From Acanthaster planci (taxonomy: Eukaryota): 64,000 nt of DNA. Shown piece by piece: positions 24,601 through 39,600 of the stretch. The stretch's first letter is position 1. Each line of letters begins with the position of its first letter. Where the stretch lies: positions 5,588,517-5,652,516 of the forward strand of contig NW_019091355.1 in NCBI RefSeq assembly GCF_001949145.1, in the 5' to 3' direction. Position numbers and translations under genes: made by a program. The notes beneath the pieces were generated by a model. It made no database searches and was not told where the DNA came from. It saw nothing but the letters and a program-made list of their open reading frames with translations.

Positions 24601-27600
24601 TGAACAATGACCCCATTATGTGACTGTAAGCAATCAAGACAACAACCTTGAAGTAGCGGGCACCAGCATTTGACCCACAATGCACTTGCTCCTGCATCAA
24701 TCGTCATCTGTGATCCACCTTTCTTCTCTTCCTCAGCCCAGGAACTGAAGATGGATGCTGCCCTCGTGTGGAGGGTGTGCATCAGGTCCAGTAACTAATA
24801 ACAAAAAGATTAAAAAATTTCTTCCAAATTCAACATCTATTTTTACCATTATTATCTTTGATTTCAGCAACAAATTCCTCCCGACATGCAACCAATCATA
24901 GCCTTCACTGCTTGGACCCTCCATTCCCTATCCCATAATGTTGCATGAGTAATGCCTTCATAATACATCAACCAATCAAAAGCTCAAGTCTGTTTAAATC
25001 TAACCAATCTCCAAACCAGCATTAAAAGTGAATGACACCACTTTAAGAGATTCCACCAATCAGAATTTGCATTCACTTTGAATCAGCTAATCCAGATTCT
25101 GCATTGAAACTGAGGGATCCCTGCCATTATCGCTCAACCAATCAGTACCCAGTTTCTTTTTTTGAATCAGCCAATGACCCACCTGTATAGACAATGAGTG
25201 ATAGCCTCCAGGAGGTCCATCATCTTCCCCATCGTCTGCCCCGTCTGCCATCTGCGAGATCTTTTCGGGTACAGAGCTTATCTTGGGCATACCCTTTTTA
25301 TTCCTCTGATTCCGTGACATTCGGGAGTTTTTCTTGTCTTTTGTCGGCTCAGGTTTCTTTTGTCGATCGTGTCTAAGTTTCCCTGTACACGCAAAACAAT
25401 GTTTCCTTTAACTCATCACAAGAAACATCATCACATATCTTGGTCAACGATTTTGTCATGGGGGAGGAGGCTGACTTAATGTGTATTCAAGGCGTAAATT
25501 TCTTTTAAAACTCCAGTAAATACAAATATAGATTGATGAAAATGAGAACATTTGTAACATTGTTGGGAAGGTAGGGGTATGATTGGGATAATGTTGCTTG
25601 ATTAACCTGCAATCTTGCACTCAACAATATTACCAAATTAAGATAATTCTTTTGATAGGAGGGGGGGTTTATGGCTACCATAGAGCAATCACAATTTGAA
25701 CTAATGAACATTATCTGCTAAGAAAAGAACCCAAATCTACATAGGGTTGTGCAGCACCTACCCCCATTGACTGTGGCCTCCACAAAGCTCCTGATGGCAT
25801 GGACGCAAGACTCAAAGTTGGCGGGTGTGACGTGGGCGGCGTCTCGCACCAGGAATGCCAATGACTCGCAGCACTTCATGAGGGCCTTGGTGTCATGGTG
25901 GCTCAGCGTCTGATCCAAGGCTATCTCAAACTGGTTCTGGGGCTTGGAAACGCCTTTGGAATGGTTGTGGGTGTGGCGGACTGTGCTGTCATTGTTCACC
26001 TGACAAAGAAAGAGCAGACATCATAGCATTCAAATTATCACCTGTTAAGAAGCTTTCAACATCATCCAGATTCAAAAACGGTACAGAGATGTTCTGCATA
26101 AAAACACAATCTGAGGACGTGACGCATCACATTCAATTAACGGAGGCTGAGCTTGACCATCAAACTGGGGATTATTGTGCAGTCTATATGTACACTTCAA
26201 CCTTCAACATACACTGACAAGAAACTCAGCATATTTTGGAAAAGGCATAATCAATAAATCATAGTGTAATGACGCCTGTTAATCTTCAAGGATGGTTCCT
26301 CTGTCTGGTCAACCGCAGTTGATCGCTGATCTGTTAAAGTTGTTCATCATTTGAACAACTCACTGATCCACTGACATGTTGCTATCCATTGTGACACAAT
26401 CCATGCTTTAAGCATTTCAGTTTTTCTCTTTGATGCAAACTTCTTTGACCAGTGCCATGAAAGTTCATGCTTATAAACAACCAGTGTTCTGACTTCATCA
26501 ACCACTCTACTACTATCCACTAACGTTCCACCATCAACTACGCAGTAATTTACAGCTGTCCCATCTGGCCCCATGTTTTTTGCTTTACTTGATGCGATTT
26601 CTTGCTTTAATCAATTCAACTAATCCAATGAACTCCCAAAACATCAATGAACCCAATACCACAACCATTCGCCAGTGCCGCTTTGACTTCATCTATCATG
26701 GCTCTCTGCAGTCAAACCTGCCTTAACGACCACCTGTGCATAACATCCATCTGTGTATGAAGACCATGTCCAAATCCCCCCATGTAAAAACTATTGTTTA
26801 CATACTGTGTATAACGACCCACTGTACAACGCGACCAGCGACCGCCCCCTTTTTGCGTTTGTCTGCACAGGCACTAAAGCCTGTACACAACGACCGCCAA
26901 TCGAGACCCATAAAAAAGAGACCACTGAAAACCACTTCCGTCACAACTGCCGTTCGATTTTTGAGACATTCATAAAGCCAAACAAACTACAGTACTTAAA
27001 AGGATTAGTGATTAATGCCGGGCTCACTTCCAGCCATGCTTCCAGGAACTTTTCAGTCTTAATCTTGGTTGTAAGTTGCATCCACAATAATGCTTTTGTT
27101 CGTTGACCCAACCAAGCGCTTGGTCCGAGCCCCATGCAAGCACACACACAGCGTAACCACACGCGATCTTGAGCATTCATGCATGCACATTATGCATGAC
27201 CTGTGACCTCAGAATAGTCTCGTTCAAACAGAACGTTATTTAAAACTGCTCTGAAATTTTAATTTTCAAAGGTAGAATCGTGGATTTTGAAAATATAGCT
27301 GCTTTAATATGTTTACAATTTTCTCTGCTGCATTTAAATTTTAAATTTGCCCAATAGAGTTCTACATTTAAGAACTCTGGGCTGACCTAATGATCTTAAA
27401 GTCTTGCACGTTGTTGCTTTTGTTGGATATTGTGTTTACACAACTTTGCAGACATTACGTCTCTCTCCATATCGCTGGTTTTGAAAAGGAGAAAACATAG
27501 CTCTGAATCCTTCAAGATATGGATGTATGAAGAGAGGAAGATGAGGTGCTGAGCGATCGTTGAGTTCTTGGGCATGTGAGGCCATCGTGGCCAGCATGCA

Positions 27601-30600
27601 GTTGGCAACGATATGACCAAGATGGCACTATTACGATTACAGCCACAATTCTTTTTCATCTCGCTAATCGTGAATGGACTAAATGTTTTTGTGGAAAATA
27701 CTGCGGTTTACTTACTTTTTTACTGTTTTCTCAAGAAGTAGGAACTGTATGGAGCTGAAACTTTCACAGGTGACTTGAATTGTATCTTTCTTGAAAATTT
27801 TGCCTACCAATCAGGATTCCCTTGACAAAAACCAATCTATGATCCTACCTTTAACAAAGCGTTACATGAATAAAATAAAATTACTGCATAGGTTTTTGCA
27901 ATAAGAAAATCCTTCAAAGCATTCACCTTTATTTGGGACAGATGTAAGAACAAAAAAATCATTAAATAAGGCAGGTTTGACTGACATTACTTTTATGAAC
28001 ATGAATCACTTCCTGTGGAGAGGGACCACCTGTCTATAAAGACCCACTTTTTCCATTTCCATTGATCTTTCTGGGCAGGTTTGACTGTATCTGCTAAGAC
28101 TCACCACAATGACTCTGTCATCTGTCATGGTTGACACGTCGGGCTCACTGCTCGATCGGTGAGGCTGCCTGTGTTTGAAGAGTTCGCTGTCAGACGTGTA
28201 GCCTTGGTCTGAGGCACCACTAATACTGCCGGTTGACATCTCGCTATCTGACTGGGTGCCTACAGAACAAATGGAAAAAAAAAAACAAAGACCAGTTCAA
28301 CAATTTGATGAAAGCACCATTTTTGTTATTGCTTATCAAATTGGCCTCTGTTCACTCAAATTCTGACAATAAGAATTATAAGGTTGAAAAATATTAAATA
28401 AATATCCAGTCAAACACAGACGAGAAGAGCACTTTCAATACAAGGTCATGTAAATGCCAGATTTAAAAACTTTACACATAATATTTCCAGTTTGTAATAA
28501 GCTGATCATTTTTCAATGCAATTTTCTCTGTGATGACAAATTGGTGGTTGTGGGTGAGAAATTGCTATTTTCATAGTTCCATTAAGGTTTTATAGAGGCT
28601 TTGTGTGGTAGCCATCATGCAGGGCAGTGCTTTTAATCCACAAGGTATACAAAAAGGAGGTTTCCCTGTGGAACAAAAGAACTGCCCTACATGATGGCTA
28701 CCATGCAACGCCTCTATATAGTAAGTTGAATCAACAGATCAACAGAAGAAAGATTTCCTGAATTCAGTTTCTTACATACATCTTCAACACATCCCTTTTT
28801 CATCTCAAAAAAAAAAACAAACTCTGGAGCTTTTTCTCTGAGTCATGATATGTATGATCCAGAGAAATCCAAATGCAGGCACTGGCTGGATTTCTCAGTG
28901 ACAGAGAAAATAACACGGATTGCTTTCTCCTACATTGTGTATCATTTCAGTCACTAACAATACTACTTTCTAGTGCGCATGCTACTGCGGTGTGCCCACC
29001 TGTGTCTGATATCTCCAGATTCCTCTTGCCGTCTACCATGTGGACGCTAGGGGGCACTGCCCCAGCCCCAACGCACTCCAGCAGAGCAAAGAGCGTATAC
29101 CAGTCCTGGGAGGAGTGGATGTTGGCAGCGTTGGTGCGTAGCAGCTCGTGAAGGCCATAGGCCACCTGGCGACAGACGCGCTGCAGGACCGACTTCTTCA
29201 TCAGCAGCAGCATTCGGAGAGATGTCAAGACCTGCAGGGGAAGAGAATTTGTGAACTTCAACAATTCAAACATATCCCAAAATTCTGGTCATCAATACAA
29301 CTGGCGCTGGGTAAGGTAATGCACACTCGAATGAAATCTGCTATTTGTAGAGACAGAGGAAGAAAATGACTTGAGGTAGGTTCATACTGCATTCCTTAAC
29401 CCTAACAGTCCTCAGTCCTCCAACAGGTGAAGGATTGAGGAGTGTTAGGTTTAAGAGAGATGATGACTATTATCACTCTCCCTCTTGATTTAAATCTTCT
29501 GATCCCGGGCATATCACATGACCCAGTTGCATATCACATGACCCAGTTGCATATCACATGACCCAGTTGCATATCACATGACCCAGTTGCATATCACATG
29601 ACCCAGTTGCATATCACATGACCCAGTTGCATATCACATGACCCAGTTGGTCATTGCTACAGAAACAAGACGCGACCTTCACTGCTCTGCATAAATGCAT
29701 TTAACATTGTTATTATTTAATCCGGACATAATACAGAATCTTCTGTCTCAACTTTGGTCGGAGTTGGGCCCTCCCCCCAGACTCACCTGAGCAGCAATGT
29801 CTTCCTTCCTCAGCAGGCGTATAGCAAGTCGTAGGATGCCCACCACGGCCCTCTCAACCAGCTGGCTGTACTCTGATTGCGATACAATCAGACTGTAGAG
29901 ATGATCACAGATGCCCTGCCACAGGGTACCGACCCGATCCCTGCCAGACCAACAACAGAACACAGTGGTACTTATACAAATCGCAGAGGACAAGCAGGAA
30001 ATGCCTTTTTGGTGAGCTCACATGAGTGTGTAAACGCCTTCAATCATGGACCTATAACAATAGGGGACAATAGGGTCCACAGTTGCCGAAGAGTCCGCGG
30101 TTGGAAAACGTGTACAAAACAGGTCTTCCGAAAAAGTTAAAGTACGAACAAAAGAGGAACAATTGGGAGTCCAGGATTGAAGGCATTTACACACTTGTGT
30201 GAGTGAGCGAAAGACTCACTGCATACACACAATGGTGCACACAGGAGAACAGTGCAAGCATATGACCAATTTCCAAACTGAATGTACATGTCATATACTG
30301 AGTGCAAACTTGTGGCATCTCTCCGCTGGAGCCCTGGTGCACTACTAAAGTGGTGCTCAATGTCTAAGAGTAACAGAGAGTCTGTAATAACACGCAAAAA
30401 TAGACGAAATGAAATTTTTAATTTTGGAAGATGCAACAACTACCCCCCTTACAATGCAACTTTTCAAAAAGCTATCCTTTTAAATGTGAACACTTCCAAA
30501 CACAATGCACTGCCAAGACTATCAGAGACAATTAAGTTCTTCTAACACAATGGAAATAGTTGATAGCACTGTTATTATCATTATTTATTTCTGGTAATGA

Positions 30601-33600
30601 CACCAAGGATTCCTCAAAAGTGCCCTAGGCACTGTAGCTTGTGAACCTGAAGAAACCTGTAAAGACAATGAGAAGCAGTTATAGTTTTAGAGGTGGGAGG
30701 AAAGACCCAGGGGAATATTCTGGGTAAAACCCACGGAATCAGGTAGGGACTAAAAATGCAATCCACATGTGGACCGAGCTAGGAATCGAACCCGGACTGC
30801 AGAGGTGGAAGGTGAGGAAAGAACCACAACACCAACCCGACTGTTCCAATATCAGTCCCTTTTGCACAAGGAATCGATTTGGTTTTAAGAGTGAACGGCA
30901 GTCTTAAGAGGGAAAAAAAGCAGCAAACCAACCAGGAACTACCTAATTCGATGGAGTGTAGGTGTGAGAGTTAACATCTTGTACCTGTTTTCCAAGACAA
31001 CCCTGATGAGGAGCTCAAAGTTAAAGACTGCCGCCTCCTCCTCGTACTGCATCCCCAGTGAGTCGGCTGCCTGAGGGCCCTGGGAGGCAAAGGTCAGGGC
31101 CTTCATCAGCTCCTGCAGTGACTCCTGACGCAGGAACTTGCTCTCCGTGATCAGGTGCTCTGGGTGACAATCCTGGCGGGGGGAGGGTCAAGTGGGGAAA
31201 GTCAGACTCTGCTTTGTGACAGTGAATGTCAAGTCTAGGAGAGTGTGTCAGGAAAAATCAGCAAAACATCAAACGTGCAGCCTTGTCCGAAACAGGCATT
31301 GTTTGTCAACGGCTGAAACTATTTACTGTATGACGTCATGGGAAAAATTACATAGCCAAGGTCAGAAAACACTCGATTCGGACGCAGCCTACCTTTCCAA
31401 TTGGTATCAAAATTTGAGGACCTTGATGACCCCGATGGGCACTCAAAATGTTCAAACATATGCCCACAAACACAGTCAATATAATGTACCCTTCACTCAG
31501 AAGTCAGCAGAGTGTACATTGCTCATTCTGACACTGATAAATACCCTCCGAAGTGACCGCTGTGTTCTTTTTTGCACTACTCTGTTGATGCTAAGCGGCT
31601 GGAAATTTTCAACGGCCACCTTCCTGACTTCCCCACCAATGTGCAGCAACCCCAGGCGGCACATCATCTTCAACTTGCAAAGGGGCATTAAGGCTCTTGG
31701 AAAGTAATCATTCCTGGGTTTAAACCATCCATAATTCTGTGCAATTCCCAGACCTCAACATGGATTTAATGGATCTTATAGGGTTAGGGTTAACCACAAG
31801 ATCTAAATGATATTTGCCCTTTGTGCCTTCACTAAATATTTGCTCCCACAGCAGGTCAACATATGGTGATTACACCTGGTTCTTAACGACTGACCTCTAT
31901 ACAGCTCCTGGCTTGCTCAATGGCCTCTTTATCTTCATTGGTAGGGCCTTTCTGAGTAGATGTCTCAGCAGTTGTGAAGTAGGAGTAGAATGAGCCAAGT
32001 AAGGACGAATCAGACCTGAGCATAGAGAAAGCAAGAAACATAAACCACTTACTGACTCTGCACACCAAGTTAAAATGGTTCTAGAGCCTGTGATGTTACA
32101 GACATCTTACTATGTTTAACCTGATTGGCTGCATATCCTAAGAAGGAAACCCTGGCCCTTGGATCCATAGTCCTGGACCTCAAAGGTGTCAAATGAGGAG
32201 AGGCAATGTGGAATTCAGCATCAAGCAGACCTAAAGACAAAAATGGTTCTAAGTCTGAAGGGGTTGAGACATCCTTGGATGACTAACTTGACTAGCTGCA
32301 TCCCCTCTCCAATGAGGTAGACTCTGCCGCTAGCACCAACAAAGTCTCTGACCTCCACACTCTCTATGCAAGGTTGCTGGCACACAGCTCAGTATTAGGT
32401 AAATGAGTTATTCTGGTAAATATCTGATTACAATCTCAGATAAAATATTGTTTTGATCCCATATAAGTCAAGATACCTCAAGATGGATTACTTGACCGGC
32501 TCCATCTCCTCTCTAATGAGGTAGACTGCTGCTAGATTCCACAATGTCTTGGACATCTACCATCTCTGTTCAGGGGAGCTGCATGGCAGCTCAGTATTGA
32601 GTGAATGAGTTACTCAAGTAAACATCTGATCACTAACCAAAGTAAAATACTGTTCTGACCCCATATGAGTTCAAGCATCACAGGATGACTTACTTGACTG
32701 GTTGCATCTCCTCTCTTATGAGGGAGACCCTGCCGCTAGGATCCACGAAGTCTTGGACCTCTACCATCTCGATGGGGAGGAGCTTGGCCCGATACAGCTG
32801 CAGCATGCAGTCCAGGAGGTTCTTCCAGCCTTCGGCTAGGATGTCGCCATGGCGATGGGCCAAGCCAAAGACTGTCTTGGCCGCAAGGTGGGCCTTGGCA
32901 TTGGAGCCAAAGGCGATTGGAAGGTTCTCTGGGGTCTTTTTTCAGGTAGGTAAAGCAAACATGAAATACAATTGTGAGTTGAGTTTAAAATACTTGGAAG
33001 GGATAGTTGCCTCTGTTACTGAAATGGATGGGTGCCATTTCGGGGATCTGTTAGCACCATAATATAAGATTGTTGTGCACATGGCATTTTGGGGGCATTT
33101 GGGGGTATTAGACACTCTTGGGAATATCCAATGAGGTCAAGGTATGAGGTGGTTTCAAAATGCCTGCTTTACCTCCATGGAACTCAGAAGAGTGGTGAAC
33201 TTGCAGAGGGAGATGACCAAATTGTCGAACACGTCCGTCAAACCGTAATGGGCTGAGATCATTGCACATTTCCTACACAGAATACGCACAAGACACAGAT
33301 CAGCAAAGCCTGTGACTCAAACACAGCACCACAATCTGGAGAACCGAGTTCACTCAGACAGTATGACTTAAAGCTGGACTCAAGATCTGAGGAACAAGTT
33401 TCCAAGACGTTTCCATGTTTACACTTCAATGGTAGTTTGAAATCGGAATAACATTTCCAAAATCAACACAGATCTTCACAACAGTCCTCAAAGCATCTCT
33501 AAAGCATCCCCAAACTAGATATGAACCTAAATGGTCTTCAATCTTCTAAATCCTCCATCTAGAATTGAATTGAGTAGGATGAATTTTTTCACAGAATGAA

Positions 33601-36600
33601 TCCTGTACCTGAATCCAGCGATAGCCTTCTGTGTGATGGTGTCATCCATGCCTTTGTCAAAGACAAAGGACAGGGCAGCCACTGTGGGTCCCCAGGCCAG
33701 CAGGAACATCTCACGGTCCAGCTCACCGCACTGGGCATGCAGGAAGGTACCCTCCTGACTGGCCCCTCGCTTCAGCAGCACACGCCACAAGTAGTTGTCA
33801 CGGACTAAGCCCGTCTGCTCAGCCGGCATCACAATCTCCTCGCTCCTGAAATTGACAACCTCCAATAAATGACTAACCGGGCCTACTGACCAATGACAAA
33901 ATCTCATACATGCGTGTGTGAAAGAAAACTTATCTTTCGTTTCAGAGCCCAGTTCTATGGAGGTACTATGCAGAAAAATTGCAAAGCAGATTTGTGTGTT
34001 AAGCAAAGAGAAGCGGAGAGTAAGGTTCAAGTTAGTAGACTTTGCAATGCACTTTGGCTGGTAACCTGGTTTTGTGCTAAGCACACATTTTCAGCACTTG
34101 GCCAGTTTCAGAGCTTAGTAGCTTTATGAAATTGACCCCAGAAAGCTTTTGGCCTTGAAAAAGTTTCTGTTGGAATTGAAATGACAAGCTCTCTAACATG
34201 TTAAGATTTATCTCAAATTCAGGGTGCTTAGAATATTTTCCATTGCCTCATTCTGTGCGGACCGATTCACCAGAACCACACTTTTAGTTACCACTCTATT
34301 TGTCAGTGCTTTTTGACACAAAACTGAAAGTTGTTTGTATTGATGAGCAGTGCCCAATAAATGTAAACAGCAACAAAGATAATAGGTAAACAATGGCGTT
34401 ACACTTACTTGATAGCATTGAAGACTTCTTCCAGCATGGATTGATCAAAATCTGACCCGCCATTCACCTTGCTCAGATTCTTCTTAAATTGCTGCATAAA
34501 TGAAAACATAGGACACATGGGGACAAGGGATACAGGCAAAACTGCAGATTGATTGAATATGTAGTCAAAATAAACACGGTATATCGCATACAGCAGAAGT
34601 CAATATTATATACTTTGCCTTCAACAGCAGTCAATACTGTATTTATTGCTTTTAGCAGAAGGCAATGTCATATATACTGCCTTCAGAAGAAGTCAAAATC
34701 TTCCATACTGCTCTCAGTCAAATAATGCTTCTGTGATGATATTCAAATATTACCCTAGGCAACTTGATTTAAACATAAAGAATTACCAATTGTATTGGCT
34801 CCCTTATTTTGAAAATTTACAGACTTTCTCTGCCAGCTCTGTTTGTTACTGTATAAAATGTATCAAGTTTATTGGTGTGGAGGAATCTGTGCTTACCTCG
34901 ACGTTCATTGGAATGTTCTGCTTCTTGGCATTATGGTTGTGCTGGTCCACATTCAACATGATGACTGCGTAGGCTAGTGTAAAAGCAGCGTCACTGTTTG
35001 CATATGGCTGATGGTTGGTGTTCTAGACCAAAAGATGTCAGAGAATGAAAATATTCAATGAAGGGCAGGTTGTATTCAAGTCCCGACTGATGTGCAAATT
35101 CTTTAACCCAACCCCCAAGGGTTGCTGGCCCTAACCTTCCCCATTTACACAAAGTTAAACACCCATATGGGACTTTGTGCACTGATGCTGTTGGACTTTG
35201 TTTTTCTGAGGTATGCCAAACCCAATGCAAAAACCAGCTGTTATGGGCCTACCAGACCTATCCCCACAGAATTAAACACATTACTACTGTTTAATTAAAT
35301 TAATTCTGTGTGGTTGGGGAAGGCTAGGGTTAAGGGCCAATCTGACCAAAACACTATCCGGGCATTATTATTTCAATTGGGACAACAATCGAAATCAGTT
35401 TTAAACTTTTCTGGCATTATCCCAGCTTTTTACCCTGATAGGGGTTCTTTTCTGAACTTATTACAGTCTAAATAATGATTTCTCTGTTTTACCTTTATCT
35501 GAATTTTCATATTGTGGAAAACTGAATAAATCAAATAAAAAAAAGGCAGAGTGAACAAATAACTCTAGGACTTACATGCCAGTAGGCTGAGAAGTGCTCC
35601 ATGAGATGTTGGATGACAGGAGCCTCTCCTGGCAGTCGGAAGGCTTCCAGGTACATCCTAAGGGCTTCATCAATCCTGGTGCCCTCAAACACAAACAACC
35701 TGTGGGCAAGTTACACACCCATAAAATCTTTACAACCAATTTCCAAAAAGTGTGAGCTTTAGCATCTACCGGAAAAGCAAAAGTGTTTGGGGTAAACTTC
35801 TTAAGGAAGAGATGGGAAATAACTGTCTGTTCCGTGACATCTGTTGGAGGAAAAACTGGTGTAATATTAACCAAACACAACTGCTTTTGATAATTAACCC
35901 TAACACGGCCAAGATTTTAATAACTTTGTGGTATTGTGGACTACAGAGTCAAGCCAACATATCTTGAATACCAAGATCTTGAATGAAAGCTTAAGTACCA
36001 ATACTGTGTAGGTAGCTACATGCACAATGATGAAACTGGAAGATTCAGAAAGATTCCTTGTAAAACAAAAGTTTGGGTTGACAAAATGCACTGGCAACAC
36101 AGTAATAGTGCTGCCTTGTATTGACTCACTTGGTTCCAAGCTACACGTATCTTTGGTGAATGCTCAAACTCACTTCAAAAAAGCTTCCAAGACCTTCTCG
36201 TTCTTCTTCCTGCTGAGGTATTCCCCAATCATCTTCTTGTCCAGTCGGGGGTTCTCTTTGAAGAAGATGGCCACCTCGTGGGGGTCCAGCGGGGTGTGTA
36301 GGATGCCCTGTTCTATCAGGAATGCGATGCCCTTGGAGGGCTTGAGGTTGAACTGTTCTGTTCCCGCCTGGATCATCTGCAAGAAAAGATAGGACCAACG
36401 GTGTATCTGAGATCCAATTTCCGGGGAGGGGGGGCAGTGGGGGGAGCAGACCTATTTTATTATGGTATACAAAACAATACAAATCCCAGGATGGGAAGGG
36501 GTTACAGATATGAAGTGGGGCCATCTATACATATGTACCCGTGATACTGCTTCCAGTTCTGCCACTTGATGCTCTCAAGATTAGGAATAATCAAGGTCTT

Positions 36601-39600
36601 AAATGACTAATCATATTGGCCCAGAGAGTCTCCACTCTTGTGCCATCTCTGAAAATCCTAGGTTTAATTTCCACCTGGATGGGGTTGTCAAGTTCCAGAC
36701 TTACCGGGAATGCATTTTAAGGAATGTTAATCCACGCCTTAATTCCGCATTTTTCGCTCTTTCTTTTGTAAATGGATCTTCAGCTATACACATAACAGGG
36801 ATTTTTACTTTCTGAAGACTTCAACTCAACCGTTTCAAATCGTTGAAAAATGTTTCTATTGTTTGTAGTCCTTTTCCTTTAGGGGAGCAAACACAAAGCC
36901 GATTGGCATTAAAAAAACTTCAAACTTGAAATCACAGAAACACAGCAATTGAAATTAATCATTTAAACTTGCACATCATCTTGCATTTATGAAAATCACA
37001 AAGTACTGCAAGTATAATGACAAGAACCAACCTTTTTCTTTTTTTTGATCTGCATGAGTTGCTCCAGCGATGGCAGATTGGCTGAGGGAGGGAAGCGGCT
37101 GACTCGTCGGTTGGGGCTCCCCTCGATGAAGTCCTCTGAGGCCTTCAACTTGCCTGCAATGCCAAGGGGTATAAAGTTTCACACAGTTACAAACCCTTTT
37201 TCTGCTATGCCTTCCCTCGCAGAATTTGATAAGAGGTATGTGCCAGTCAACGGTTAGTTGGGGAGCCAAGGTGTTAGATTTCAAAACGCGTTGCCTCACA
37301 TTACAATGTTCCCAAACCTAAAAGGTTCTGGAATTATTCTGATCATCATTCAGGATGCTAAATTCAAACTTCTGCATGGAGACTTCAGGAAAACAGACAA
37401 GACAGAGTTTCACAGCTCAGAAGTTAGAGTTCGCATACTTCGGCATTGACAAGGTTGAAATCTTGAAAGTCATTTTTTATAGTTCACACAATTCACTTCA
37501 AAATCTGCCTACAGAGGTGTGTATGAGGCAGTAGATGCTACTTACTTGCGTCTATCTCTTTGTCGCGGTTCGCCGACATGACCTGAGCCATGGCGTAGCC
37601 TGTGGTGGGGGGAGTCACGCCCATTCCGACCTGCCTGGCTCCATCCTCATCCTTCCCTCCTCTCTCCTTCCCCTTGTCACCGTCCTCCTTTCCCGAGATG
37701 TCCTGGACACGGATGGTGACGGCCGACTCACCAGCCTTGTCCCTGTCCGGGGGGCTGGCATGGCCCTGGGCAGCCACCATGGAGCTCAGGATGCGGTGGT
37801 GGCAGTTAGTCTCAATGCTGTCTACCACAGCCAGCAGGGCCTCCAGTGAGAGCAGGTGGGTGGTGAAAAGAGACCCCGAGACTGGGAAGGCATTCTGCCA
37901 GGAAAGGAAAAAGTGATCTGGTAAGAGAGACCATCCTGACTGGGAAAGTATTGAACTGGTAACACAAACTGCAGAGAGGTTACTAGTGGGTCCTGGGGAG
38001 AAAGCCACAGTTTGGCAAAGCAGCAAAGCTCTCTTCAATTCCACACACTTCACCAGGTGCGTTTACAAGCAGACTTAGGCATTTTTTCACCAGACATTTA
38101 TGGAACGAGGCTTGTTGATACTTGGTGTTAAAGCAAACATGTATGTTATTTTGAGACACTACATGTGGATCAAATATTCATGCTGCGAATTCCCAACAGC
38201 TGAACACATTTCAAGTTGAGTGGATTTGACAAGTTTCATGGTGTCAAATTTGCTTTGCTTTTGCATTTGTCTGGAGTTTCAATAGCTCCTATAGACCACG
38301 CTTATGTCAGGTATGGGAGCTGTATCTTATCCCAAACTTGAGAAAGCCCAAAATACAGATGCTGAAAGAGGCCTTACACCAAAGATGTAGATCAATGCCA
38401 TCCAAAGCTTCAACTTTCCTTCATGAAAATTGGGGGGGTACTAATTTTCAGTCTTAACGCTGTACTGAAAAAGTTTATGACAAAAGTTACAAGTTTAAAA
38501 CAAATCCTTTCAGATTAGAAATGTTTAATACTTTAAGCATTACACCAACAATAAGCGTTATACCAGCACAAAGAAATTCACATTCACATGATATAGGAAA
38601 AAAATCAGGATGTTCAGGGCAGAGAACATTTAACTTCCTTCAATCTGTAGGTATTGAACAGAAATGCTGGGCCATTGGAGATTTCCTCTGGTCTCCAAGA
38701 CTGACCTTGGACAGCAACTTGGTCAGATCTTCAAATAAATTACTGCAGTAGATGTCACAGTCATAGTTCAGATAGAGTTCTGTCACCATACAGGGGAGTC
38801 GCCACAGCTGTAAAAAAAAATTACAGGTTAAGGAATTATTCAAAGGTGCAAAGACTAGTCATAACCCCAAAAGTCTTCCTGAAACCTCCATCATCCTCAG
38901 TACTGAAGGAGTCCAATGCCGAATTCTTTGAATTTTATGTTTTGCAAGTGCATAAAACCCCGACAACGTAGCAGTAGGCTGTGCCTCCCCCAATCCAACA
39001 AAATCTTGCAAAATCACCTGTTGGAATTGGAAGGATCTAGGAGGGTTCACAGGGCTAAGCACATGGAATTACACGGCAAATGATTTCGGATATTTTGAAA
39101 ATACTTTAAAACAGTGTAAACAATATCATTACAGACACTCTCATAATATCTTATTTATATGGAAACCCCCCCCTTCATCTTTTACATCAAATGCTTTTCT
39201 TTTTAAGAAATGAACAAATAACAGTTCAAAAACTTCAAAATCTTGTAACTAAAATCGTTCCAAATAACTTAAGATTTGACTGCTTATTGGAGGAGAGTAG
39301 CATCAACACAGTAGCTATCATCTTTACTAAAGGTCTTGGAAACAAGTTTGAAAAACCCCATCAATCATTGGAACTTCAGCAAATGTCAGTTCTCTCTACA
39401 TGTAGTAAGTGTTGGGCTGCTACACCACCTCGTCAGACACCCTGCCCACCTGCACAATGGAGTCCAGTGCCATCTCACGCTGCTCGTAGGGAATGCGGAC
39501 TGACTCTGAGATGATGATCTCCATCAGCTTGTGCAGGAACATCTCCAGCTGGAACTTGAGATGGGTCCTCATGGACTCAAAGAGCATGAAGCAGACACGC

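Noticed and set aside
26656..26720. Possible extra GBF1 micro-exon
   Set aside because: Flanking exons 28105 and 25999 already join in frame and no good acceptor is present.
29509..29648. Possible CRISPR array
   Set aside because: Identical units abut with no unique spacers, and the context is eukaryotic.
31778..31793. TAGGGTTAGGGTTAA telomere-like or telomerase-template motif (also ~29397 and ~35894)
   Set aside because: Only 2 units, with no pseudoknot or other telomerase RNA elements seen; likely part of common repeats.
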